DNA of 64,000 nucleotides from Obrimoposthia wandeli. Lineage: Eukaryota. Shown in pieces: positions 10,409 to 19,211 of the stretch (its first letter is position 1; every line of letters starts with the position of its first letter). The position numbers and the translations under genes were made by a program. Where the stretch lies: the NCBI GenBank assembly GCA_977020255.1, contig CDROCS010002676.1, positions 496,001 through 560,000 of the forward strand. Direction: 5' to 3'. Below the pieces are notes generated by a model. It was not told where the DNA came from. It did not search any database and saw only the letters and a program-made list of their open reading frames with translations.

Positions 10409-13400
10409 AAATTAAGATTTGGGTTTGCAATACTTCTTCTCTCCTGTAGGTATTTCAGTGCTTCTAGTACCTGCATTCGTATAGTCTTTATTAGATACGC
10501 TAATACTAGGGTTGCTGATCGAGAAATTCCTTTCTGACAATGTACCAACACTTTTCCTTGGTTTCGGAGTTCTCTGTGAAGTATTTCGTTTGTTTCTACG
10601 AACCATTCGAGAAGATTAGCGTCCATTGAGTCTTTTACTCTTAATGTCATGGCTCTGATTGTCTGGTATTGTGATTTGTGATTCATTGTAACATTGATCA
10701 CGTATGTTATCCCTTGTTCCAACAGTTTCTTTTCATCTGTTGCATCTTTCACATTTCCGAGGTATAACTTATCTGGAATGATCTCACTCATTGGTGGCAA
10801 TAATTCTGACTCTTCAAGTTTTAGTCTTTCTAATCTCTTCTCTATCTGTTCGTCGATGTTGGATAGTTTCGCCAATTTCTTTCCTCTCAGCATTCGTATT
10901 GCTGGAGAGATATTCATCTTTGTCTCTGATGTCTGTTTCTTTGTTGAGTCTTCTTCCGACTCGGTCTCTTCTGCAGATTTAATTCGTCTTTCTTGTATAT
11001 TCTGTTTCACGAATTCTATGTTTTGTCTTTTTCTGCTCTCTTTAGCGAATTCAACCTCCATGGTTTTTTCGAATCGCTCTATCATGTTATCTTCAGATTC
11101 TGTTGATTCTGTATCGTTACTTTCCGGTTCGCTGTCTTGACCAGACTCGCTCGAAGGGTATTCTGGTATGTCTGTCTGAACTGAAATTAATGAAGGGGTT
11201 AGAATAATTGGATTGACTGGTCCTGCGTATTTGTGAATCGGATACGGTATTACGCTATCTTTAAGTATCTCAACTTGGAACTGTGCTCCATAGCACATGA
11301 CAATTGTTTCCAATTTACCCATGATGGATAATCCATCGAAATAGGTAACATTCAGCTTAGATATCGGTGTTTTCGCATAATTAATTAAATTGACTCGTAT
11401 CTCGGTTGATGACGGCCATCGATTTTTTAGTAAAATTATAATTTCGTCGTTTATCGATGTAATTACACTTGGCGCGGATGATACTATTTCAGCATGATAT
11501 TTTGGCTGGATTGAGTTTGTCACTTGTTCTCGGATAATATTGATTCGTTGTGGTTTATTTTTAGCTTCCCACTTCCGGTATCCGCTGTCAATGCGTAACT
11601 CTGCCGTTGCTTTGATGATTTTATTGTTGGTCACTTCCGGTTGGGTTGGCGAATGAAATCCTTCTATTACGCTCAACCTTACAGATACTTCCGTTTGATC
11701 TGTGTCTAACCGGTGAGATTCTGGTATACAACATACAATTGTCTTTCCGTCAAAGTATTTGGTGTCCATCTGACAAATTATCTTTTCGGTGTCTGCGTCG
11801 ATTAAATGAACTCTCATAATATCTCTTTTCCCATGTGAATTACGTAATACCATTATTACATCATGGTATTCTTGTTTGAGTCTTTTTGGTGTACCATGAA
11901 GAATGTGACCACCGGCCGGTTCCTTTTCTTCCTGACTGGCTAGACCTGTTTCAGTACTGTCATAATTCTGCCATGCAACTATGTTTGGTGTCAATGTGAT
12001 TTCGATTAACACTTTCTTAGTCGTAAACACATTGGAGTTTTGATATAGTGCTGCGACTAATGTATTTCCGTCGTAGTATGACACTCTAAGTTCGCATAGA
12101 AATTCGTTTGTCAGTGCATCTTTCACAATGACTTCTTTCGCCACATCTGTTGGTTGTGTTTTTTCGAAAACAACTATTATCTCTTCGTCTTCTTCTAATA
12201 TCTCTTGTGGTGCGATGTGTCGAATTACTTCTTTTTCCTCTTGGTGCTTCATTCTGAGCATACCAATTCTCGCTGGTTTTTTCTCGCTACCACTCGTCAT
12301 CATGTTTATGTAGTTCCGATCACTTACCATTCGTGTAAGCTTAATGGTATTGGTATTCGGCTTCGATTTCTGTGATCTTAACTCATATCGTGACGCGTTA
12401 TCTTTATTTGGTACTAATTTGCATCGATTTGCATGTACAATCATCGGTTCCTTGTTCCGATTTTCCTCGTTGATTACTTTCAAGTTCGTTGAGGTTGTCT
12501 GTATCACCTTGTATGGTCCTTTGTATGGTCTATGAAGTTTAAACGATAGACCTGGTTCGATGACTGGATAAAATATCATCACTTGATCTCCGACTCTAAA
12601 TTCATGTGGTTTTGCTTTTTTGTCGTATTGTTCCTTGTAACCTTCTTGATTGAATTTCAACTTCAATCCGGCTTTGGTCCAAGCATCCTGCAATCTTTCC
12701 TTCATGACGACAATGTATTGTTCAGTTTCTAGATACTGAGATGTTGGCTCGGTCCACTCCAGATCCATCGGCATATTGTTCTGTCTGAGATACATCAGAT
12801 AGAATGGTGTGTGACCCGTCGCCTCTCGAACTGAATTCCTGTAAGCATATAAACATGAAGGTAAATATTTATCCCAATCCTCTTGCTTGTCTGAGCAATA
12901 GGATTGTACCATCATACATAAAGTTTTATTAAACCTTTCTACTAGACCATCTGTTTGTGGGTGATATGGTGAAGTTTGTAACTTCATGATTCCGAATATC
13001 TTCGATACTGCTTTTATTACTTCTCCAGTGAAGTTCTTACCTTGATCCGTTAACAACTTTCTAGGCACTCCGTATCGAAATATTATCTCTTCCACTAAGA
13101 TTTGCGCTATTGTTTCAGCTTTCTGGTTCTGCATGGGATATGCTTCTACCCATCTCGTCATGTAGTCCGTAAATACTATGACGTACTTGTTTCCTTTACT
13201 TGATTCTCTCAATGGTCCCAATATATCCATTGCTGTGAATTCCATTGGTGCCAAAGGAACTGGCATTGGTTTCAGTGGAACTTTAGTACGGGTTCCAGTA
13301 TCTTTTCTGGTTAAACATACTTTACATTGTTTACACCATTGTTTTATGTCGTCTTCCATGCCATCCCAATGGTACTTCTCTTTGATTCTGGCTATTGTCT

Positions 13401-13515
13401 TTCGCCCTGACAGATGTCCTCCTAGTGTTCCATCGTGATACTGGATCATCACTGCTGTTTTCAATGACTTTGGAATTACTACTATTATCTTTCCGACATT
13501 ATTGACAATATACAA
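10303..13515 (-). CDS. Pol part: integrase (HHCC, DDE, GPY/F), three IPT/TIG-like repeats, acidic linker, active dual-specificity phosphatase
   Basis: H-x5-GH...CKQC, MDILGPL, TDQGKNF, GLVERFN, YKGPYKV. DSP: EIIPDKLYLGN...VHCQKGISRSAT. In frame with 13537-16539 across a single TAA. Confidence 0.93.
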   Translation of the reverse strand: MYIVNNVGKIIVVIPKSLKTAVMIQYHDGTLGGHLSGRKTIARIKEKYHWDGMEDDIKQWCKQCKVCLTRKDTGTRTKVPLKPMPVPLAPMEFTAMDILGPLRESSKGNKYVIVFTDYMTRWVEAYPMQNQKAETIAQILVEEIIFRYGVPRKLLTDQGKNFTGEVIKAVSKIFGIMKLQTSPYHPQTDGLVERFNKTLCMMVQSYCSDKQEDWDKYLPSCLYAYRNSVREATGHTPFYLMYLRQNNMPMDLEWTEPTSQYLETEQYIVVMKERLQDAWTKAGLKLKFNQEGYKEQYDKKAKPHEFRVGDQVMIFYPVIEPGLSFKLHRPYKGPYKVIQTTSTNLKVINEENRNKEPMIVHANRCKLVPNKDNASRYELRSQKSKPNTNTIKLTRMVSDRNYINMMTSGSEKKPARIGMLRMKHQEEKEVIRHIAPQEILEEDEEIIVVFEKTQPTDVAKEVIVKDALTNEFLCELRVSYYDGNTLVAALYQNSNVFTTKKVLIEITLTPNIVAWQNYDSTETGLASQEEKEPAGGHILHGTPKRLKQEYHDVIMVLRNSHGKRDIMRVHLIDADTEKIICQMDTKYFDGKTIVCCIPESHRLDTDQTEVSVRLSVIEGFHSPTQPEVTNNKIIKATAELRIDSGYRKWEAKNKPQRINIIREQVTNSIQPKYHAEIVSSAPSVITSINDEIIILLKNRWPSSTEIRVNLINYAKTPISKLNVTYFDGLSIMGKLETIVMCYGAQFQVEILKDSVIPYPIHKYAGPVNPIILTPSLISVQTDIPEYPSSESGQDSEPESNDTESTESEDNMIERFEKTMEVEFAKESRKRQNIEFVKQNIQERRIKSAEETESEEDSTKKQTSETKMNISPAIRMLRGKKLAKLSNIDEQIEKRLERLKLEESELLPPMSEIIPDKLYLGNVKDATDEKKLLEQGITYVINVTMNHKSQYQTIRAMTLRVKDSMDANLLEWFVETNEILHRELRNQGKVLVHCQKGISRSATLVLAYLIKTIRMQVLEALKYLQERRSIANPNLNFWDSCQITNLCCKNKDGWTTFLRIQRKRISSKHYR

Positions 13516-13536
13516 GATTCCTTCTTTTATCGAGTA

Positions 13537-16500
13537 TTATTTCGTCATTTCATCGTTTAGATCTCCTTTCACCAACAATTCTTTGATTAGACTCAATTCT
13601 TCATCTTCTTTCTGTTCTTTGATGATCTCTTTGTCTATTTTACCCGTCTTCAGCAAAATCGTCAGTAGATTTGCTTCTCCTTTTTGGTCATTGGTTTCAT
13701 CTTCTTCTGGAATTATGTTTCCTTTCTCGTCTACATTTGTCAATCTCGACAAACAATCTGCGTTGCCGTTCGACTTTCCGGTTCTATAACGGATTTCTAG
13801 ATCGAATTCGGCCAATTTTAGAAACCATCTGTTTAATCTACTCATATCATCTCTATGTTTATATAAGAACTGTAGTGGTTTGGGATCTGTATATAGGAAT
13901 ACTTTTTGTCCTAGCAAGTAGTGTCTGTACTGTCTACATGAATACACTATGGCTAGACATTCCTTTTCGATAACAGAGTATCCTCTTTCAGCTCTGTTTA
14001 ATCCTCTACTCGCATACGCGATGACGTGTTCTCTTCCTTCGTCATCCTCTTGTCCCAATACTGCTCCTACAGCATAGTTACTTGCATCTGTCATGAGTAT
14101 GAATTGTCGGTTTATATCTGGAAACGCTAATATTGGTGCGTTTATCAGCCTTTCTTTTAAATGCTCGAAAGCTTGTTGTGCTTCTTCTCCCCATATGAAC
14201 TTCTCATCTTTCCTCGTCAACTTTCTCAATGGTGTTGCTATATCTGAAAAATGTTCAACGAATCGTCTATAATAATTCGCAAGACCTAAAAAACTCTGTA
14301 TTTCCTTAACAGTCTTTGGCGCTAAATGCGCTTTTACTTTCTCGATCTTCGCTGGATCAGGTCGAATGCCTTCTTTCGATACTATATGTCCTAAAAATGT
14401 TACTCGCTCTTTAGCCCATTCACATTTTGTAGGTTTAACTTTTAATTTAGCGTTTTCCAGTCTTTTAAATACAACTTCAAGATTTTTTAAATGTTCTTCG
14501 AACGTTTTCGAAAATATTATTATGTCATCGATATAAACCATCGTGTTTGCACACGATGCGAGCACAAAATTCATGCAACGCTGAAATGTTGCTGGAGCTT
14601 CTGTCAGTCCGAATGGCATCTTTTCGCATTCGTATAGGCCATCTCCGCAGGAAAAGGTTGTTTTGTGTTTATCCTCTTCCTCTATCTCGATTTGCCAGTA
14701 TCCACTCTGCAAATCCAATGTCGTAAAATAATCTGAATTACCCAATTTATCGAGCATCTCTTCGATTCTAGGTAATGGATACACATCTTTTCTTGTGATC
14801 TTGTTCAGTTCTCTGAAATCTATACAGAATCTCATTTTCCCATCCTTCTTTTTTACCAACACCACAGGTGCTGAGAATGGCGAAAAACTCGGTCTAATTA
14901 CTCCTGTTTTAGACATATCTTCGATCTGACTTTTTACTTCATCTTGTAACTGTAATGGTACTCGATATGGTCTTCTTCTGACTACTTTGTCTTCTGTCAG
15001 TGGTATTGTATGTTTTATGACAGGTGTTTCTCCTATGTCATATGGATTTTTTGCAATTACTTTCGGAAATTTATGTATTAGATCAAGTAATTGTTTCTTT
15101 TCTCTAGTTGTCAGTCTTTCTGATTGGATTACTATTTCTTCGTAATCATTCGTATCTTTATCGAGTTTCATAGCGCATACAGTGGAATTCTCCATCTGTG
15201 CTATCTTTCCCAACCTCATTCCTCTGTATAATAGAATGTCATTGTTGGTTGTATTCATCAGTCTAACTGGTATTTTGTGGTTTTCGATCAGGCATACTGT
15301 ACTCACAACTGGTAATTCGTATTTCTCTATGAAATCTCGTGATGGTTCGAACACAACTGGTCCTTTATCTTCTGTTAATGTGTGACCTTGAATGAGAAAT
15401 TGTGATCTTTTACCGATTTTTATAGGATTCTCTATAATTACATCAATTTGGTTTATTTGTCTGTTTGATGTACTATCCTTTAATCTTGGATCTTGTAAAT
15501 CAATACTTATCCCTTTAAGTTGTGATAGTACATCCATTCCTAAAATTGTAGGTTCAGGACATTCTTTCATGATTCTAACTGGTATAGTGATCGTATTACG
15601 TCCAATTATAAATGTACATGGTAATATTCCCGTCACTTTTACAGGGTCTCCATTGACCGATACCAAGAATTCATCTGGTTCTGCCATTGTTCGTTTCTGT
15701 TCCTCTGTCAAACAGTCTTCACTTACTATCGAAGCTACAGCACCTGTATCAATTAAGGCTTTTACTCTTAAATTATTTACTCTAATGATAGCTGCTGGTC
15801 GCTGTGCTCCATTTATGTTTCCCATATGGTATATTGTATTTATCGAATTATTACACTCTGTCAGTCCACTTCCTTTGTTTGGATAGTGAAATCTAATGTT
15901 TCTCACTTGTCGATCTATTATTCTTCGACAAATTGGACATGATACTATTTCATTCGCACATCTCCGACATGTTCTTACATGTCCGCATGGTAGAAAGGCA
16001 ACTTCTATTTTGTTGACCATGCAAACTGCGCATTCCGGATCTTCTAGTACGTATTCTAGTTCATTTATGTACTCTTTCTCTTTTGTTTCAATTGTACTGT
16101 CATCTTTATCTCGCAGTAATTCAAAAATCGATCCGTATCCGTTTCGCGTAGTTTTTATTTTTAATTCTACCAATTCTCTGATTCTTTCTGCTTCTTTTGG
16201 ATATAACCTTCTCACGAATGACACTACCGGTGTGTCTTGTTGAGCCAAAATCTCTTTCCGTGTGATTTGGTATTCGATTATACATTCGGTTTTCTGTTCT
16301 TTTTGCTTTATTTTATTTTTAAAAATACAAAATTCGCAAAATTCATGATGTAAAATTTTCTTAGGTAGCTCAAGAGTATATCTGTCGATAATTCGTTCTT
16401 TTTTACACTTGTGGCATTTAATTACGTCTTTACCATCCTTTTTTATAGCAAAAAGTCCCTTTTTTGCCAATTTTTTAAGTCTTGGATCTTCGAAAGTTAC

Positions 16501-16539
16501 TTCTCGATATTGTTCGTCACATTCGTTCACTTCTCGCAT
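13537..16539 (-). CDS. Pol part: degenerate BIR2, IAP-type RING, aspartic protease 2, reverse transcriptase, RNase H
   Basis: LAKKGLF...CHKC-x18-H-x6-C; CAVC...FLPCGH...CRRC...CPICR; LIDTGA; FCIDFRELN, LPRIEE, MPFGL, YIDD; TDASNYAVGAVL, EKECLAI, DCLSR. Confidence 0.95.
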   Translation of the reverse strand: MREVNECDEQYREVTFEDPRLKKLAKKGLFAIKKDGKDVIKCHKCKKERIIDRYTLELPKKILHHEFCEFCIFKNKIKQKEQKTECIIEYQITRKEILAQQDTPVVSFVRRLYPKEAERIRELVELKIKTTRNGYGSIFELLRDKDDSTIETKEKEYINELEYVLEDPECAVCMVNKIEVAFLPCGHVRTCRRCANEIVSCPICRRIIDRQVRNIRFHYPNKGSGLTECNNSINTIYHMGNINGAQRPAAIIRVNNLRVKALIDTGAVASIVSEDCLTEEQKRTMAEPDEFLVSVNGDPVKVTGILPCTFIIGRNTITIPVRIMKECPEPTILGMDVLSQLKGISIDLQDPRLKDSTSNRQINQIDVIIENPIKIGKRSQFLIQGHTLTEDKGPVVFEPSRDFIEKYELPVVSTVCLIENHKIPVRLMNTTNNDILLYRGMRLGKIAQMENSTVCAMKLDKDTNDYEEIVIQSERLTTREKKQLLDLIHKFPKVIAKNPYDIGETPVIKHTIPLTEDKVVRRRPYRVPLQLQDEVKSQIEDMSKTGVIRPSFSPFSAPVVLVKKKDGKMRFCIDFRELNKITRKDVYPLPRIEEMLDKLGNSDYFTTLDLQSGYWQIEIEEEDKHKTTFSCGDGLYECEKMPFGLTEAPATFQRCMNFVLASCANTMVYIDDIIIFSKTFEEHLKNLEVVFKRLENAKLKVKPTKCEWAKERVTFLGHIVSKEGIRPDPAKIEKVKAHLAPKTVKEIQSFLGLANYYRRFVEHFSDIATPLRKLTRKDEKFIWGEEAQQAFEHLKERLINAPILAFPDINRQFILMTDASNYAVGAVLGQEDDEGREHVIAYASRGLNRAERGYSVIEKECLAIVYSCRQYRHYLLGQKVFLYTDPKPLQFLYKHRDDMSRLNRWFLKLAEFDLEIRYRTGKSNGNADCLSRLTNVDEKGNIIPEEDETNDQKGEANLLTILLKTGKIDKEIIKEQKEDEELSLIKELLVKGDLNDEMTK

Positions 16540-16686
16540 AACTTCGAATATGTCTTCAATTCGGCTATTTGTTATTACTCTGCCTACTATTAGAGCTTAT
16601 TCTCCTTCTGGAATCTCGTCACTGTAATCGAAATCGGGTGCTTTTCCCATTTGGATTTCTGGTACGTTTGAAGTTTTCAATTTCAA

Positions 16687-16880
16687 AAGAAATGGGCAAT
16701 TTGGTGCATCTCTTTTATGACGTCTCATTGGGTTTTCATTCTTTTCCCACTCTCTAAACTTTACTCTACATCATACGCATCGTACGACTTCCTCATGACC
16801 ATAACTACTTGTCGCGTTTAACATTTCTAAACCTGATCTTGCCATTTTACGTGCCATTTCTTTTGAATAGTACTGTTCTA
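16687..16880 (-). pseudogene. BIR domain 1, interrupted by an in-frame TGA (16771-16773) and missed by the ORF track
   Basis: Reading through the stop gives MARSGL...EVVRCV*CRVKFREWEKNENPMRRHKRDAPNCPFL, an exact C-x2-C-x16-H-x6-C BIR signature. Confidence 0.9.
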
Positions 16881-17610
16881 ATATATTTCGTCTCTTTTTC
16901 TCGAATCTCATGGGATCCTTTTCTGACAGATTAACATATGTTATTTTCCTCCTCGTCATCTCTTGTGGTCCGAGGTTTACGTTTTTGTAGTGAAGTATCG
17001 ACTTTACTAGCGCTTCCTGTTTTTTGTCTTGGTACGAATTTCCCAAACGGAACGTAGTGTATTTTTCTTTTTCGACTACAGGTCCTCTCAACATTTTTAT
17101 CTCTCTCACTGAACTGTCATTCTTATAACTCTTGTTGTTTGGTAGTATAATTATTCCTTCAAACATTCTTATTACGTCCATCCCAATCATGACTGGACTT
17201 CCGCAATCTGTGAATATTCTAGCATTTAACTGCAATGCTCTTCCATCGATATTCAATGAACATTTCAGTGTTCCTTCTGACACTACATCTGTACCATTTA
17301 CGTTAACAAATGTCTGTTTTCTAGGACATACTTCTCTTAATTCTTTTGATGACAAGATTTCTTTACTCAGTACTGATACTGCAGATCCAGTATCAACTTC
17401 GGCAAGATATTCTCTTCCGTTCAATGTTACTGCTACTTGTGGTGGAGCATTTGGATTCTCATTTGATATCCTAGACTTCAGAATTCTTCTGGAATTATCT
17501 TTTTTGTCTTTTTCCTCTGCTTGTGGAATCTCACTGTAGCTCACTTTAGGCCATCTTATCATTAAGATGCCTCTCTTGAACTTTTCCTTCTCTTCCTTTA
17601 GTTCCTTCAT
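16771..17610 (-). CDS. Aspartic protease 1 (additional retropepsin), linker, and N-half of BIR1
   Basis: VAVTLNGREYLAEVDTGSAVSVLS...VNG...G.L.C...IGMDV, colinear with protease 2. Confidence 0.88.
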   Translation of the reverse strand: MKELKEEKEKFKRGILMIRWPKVSYSEIPQAEEKDKKDNSRRILKSRISNENPNAPPQVAVTLNGREYLAEVDTGSAVSVLSKEILSSKELREVCPRKQTFVNVNGTDVVSEGTLKCSLNIDGRALQLNARIFTDCGSPVMIGMDVIRMFEGIIILPNNKSYKNDSSVREIKMLRGPVVEKEKYTTFRLGNSYQDKKQEALVKSILHYKNVNLGPQEMTRRKITYVNLSEKDPMRFEKKRRNILEQYYSKEMARKMARSGLEMLNATSSYGHEEVVRCV

Positions 17611-17628
17611 TTTTTTTTTTCATTTTTT

Positions 17629-19211
17629 TTATTTTTTTACAACATGTTTGTAATTCTTGTATATTTCTATTGTTCCTGTACGAAATGCGTCTTCGCAATC
17701 TCTCGGAAAAACCTTATGTGCTTTGTACGGTGTGGTAGGTGTGATTTCTGACATAAAACTTCTATGACCACAATAGAATTCGTGATAACTTGAATGGATT
17801 GAACATTCTTTCACTTCTACTTGTGCTTTATCAACATCCTGATACACAAAGTAGTTTTCAACACCTTGAACTTCTAGTTTTGACGGTTGTGACTCTGGAC
17901 AGTCTTCGCTGTCAAGCAGTGAATACTTTTGTCCCATCTTTGGTATGCTACAGTCGTATGCTATCAATCCTGATGCCTGTTGCATTCCCATGAACATTAC
18001 TAACATCATCATCATCATTGTTGTGGACATATTTGGTTGATTGTTTCTTTCTTTCGGACGGTATTGTTTATTTTCTCTTTGACGATTCTCATGACATTGT
18101 TCGTCATCGTCTTCGTTCATTTCCACAATGGTTTTAGCGTAGTCACTTAATTTTGCCCAACCTCCGTTTTCGTCGATTCGTCTCTGTAACACATTCTCGA
18201 TCAAATACATCGCTTCATTTATTCCTTGTTTGACTTCGTGAGGTTGGCTCGTTCGTTCCGTCAATTGGAAACATAGATATGTGATTGCTGTAATTAACTT
18301 TTTATTTGTAGTCTGGTTTCCACATAATCTCGCTAAAACTTCACCGTCGTAAAATCTATCTATTGATGCATGGTATACATGATTCGCAGTCATTCTCTTT
18401 ACTGCAGACATTTGTGATCTAACTGCTTTAGTCAAATTGTCTGTTATATCGGTTGTTTCATCTCTGTACATTTTGAACAACTTTGGCTTCACTTGCCTGA
18501 GAATTCCCGTAAGTATATCTTTACTACTTGGAGTTTCCGAATTCATATCACCTCTGATATCTTCATTCCGCTCCGTACTATACTGCTCTAATGACGCTGC
18601 TAACTGTCCAATGCTTAGATGTCTCTCTTTATCAGTTTGTGGTGCAGTTAGAACATTTCGTAATATACTTCCGTCTTTTCTAGGTCTTCCAGGTCCTCTT
18701 CGAAAATACTGATACTCAGTTTGATTCTCTCCTGGATCATACGGTTCACCATTATACTGTATCTCTTGACTTGGTCCCTCTTCATGGCCAATCTCTTCAC
18801 TTTGTCGCATCATCTGCTCTGCTTGTCTGTCTTTGTATGCAGCATGCCAAATTGGTGAATCTAAATCTACAATTTCGGAGATTTCATCTTCTCCTACTAG
18901 TTGGGTTACGTTTTCGTTTTGTCTCGCTTGGTTAGCTGTATCCATGACTTCATCTTGTCTGATTTGAATTATATCTGGTTCTGGTGGTACTTCGACCACT
19001 GGAGTTGTCAACTCATTTTCTAAATTCATGTCTTGTAATTCAGCTACGTACGGTTCTGGTGTGGATGTCTTGTTCCAAGCTTCAGCTACATCATTATCTC
19101 CGCTTTCGCTTGAACTGTCTAAAATTTCTATAGGCGTTTTTATCATTTCTAACGCAGAGTTTAATATCTCCGTTAATCCTTCATTATCTACTAACTCTTG
19201 ACGTCCTACAG
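17629..19211 (-). CDS. Gag-frame extension: acidic region, AT-hook, Bcl-2-like domain, hydrophobic signal, truncated chuvirus-type glycoprotein N-terminus
   Basis: RRGPGRPRK (AT-hook); LRQ..YR..TDITDNL and IDENGGW (Bcl-2 helices, BH2); MMMMMLVMFMGM..ASG-LIAYDC...SLLD...C...KEC...CG...C...TG. The ORF track's first residues (19212-19287) come from the hAT insertion. Confidence 0.7.

Noticed and set aside
16771-16773. TGA inside BIR1 as possible selenocysteine or readthrough
   Set aside because: It falls at a non-ligand x position of CxxC, and other stops are TAA. Point mutation (e.g. TGG to TGA) is simpler; no SECIS was identified.
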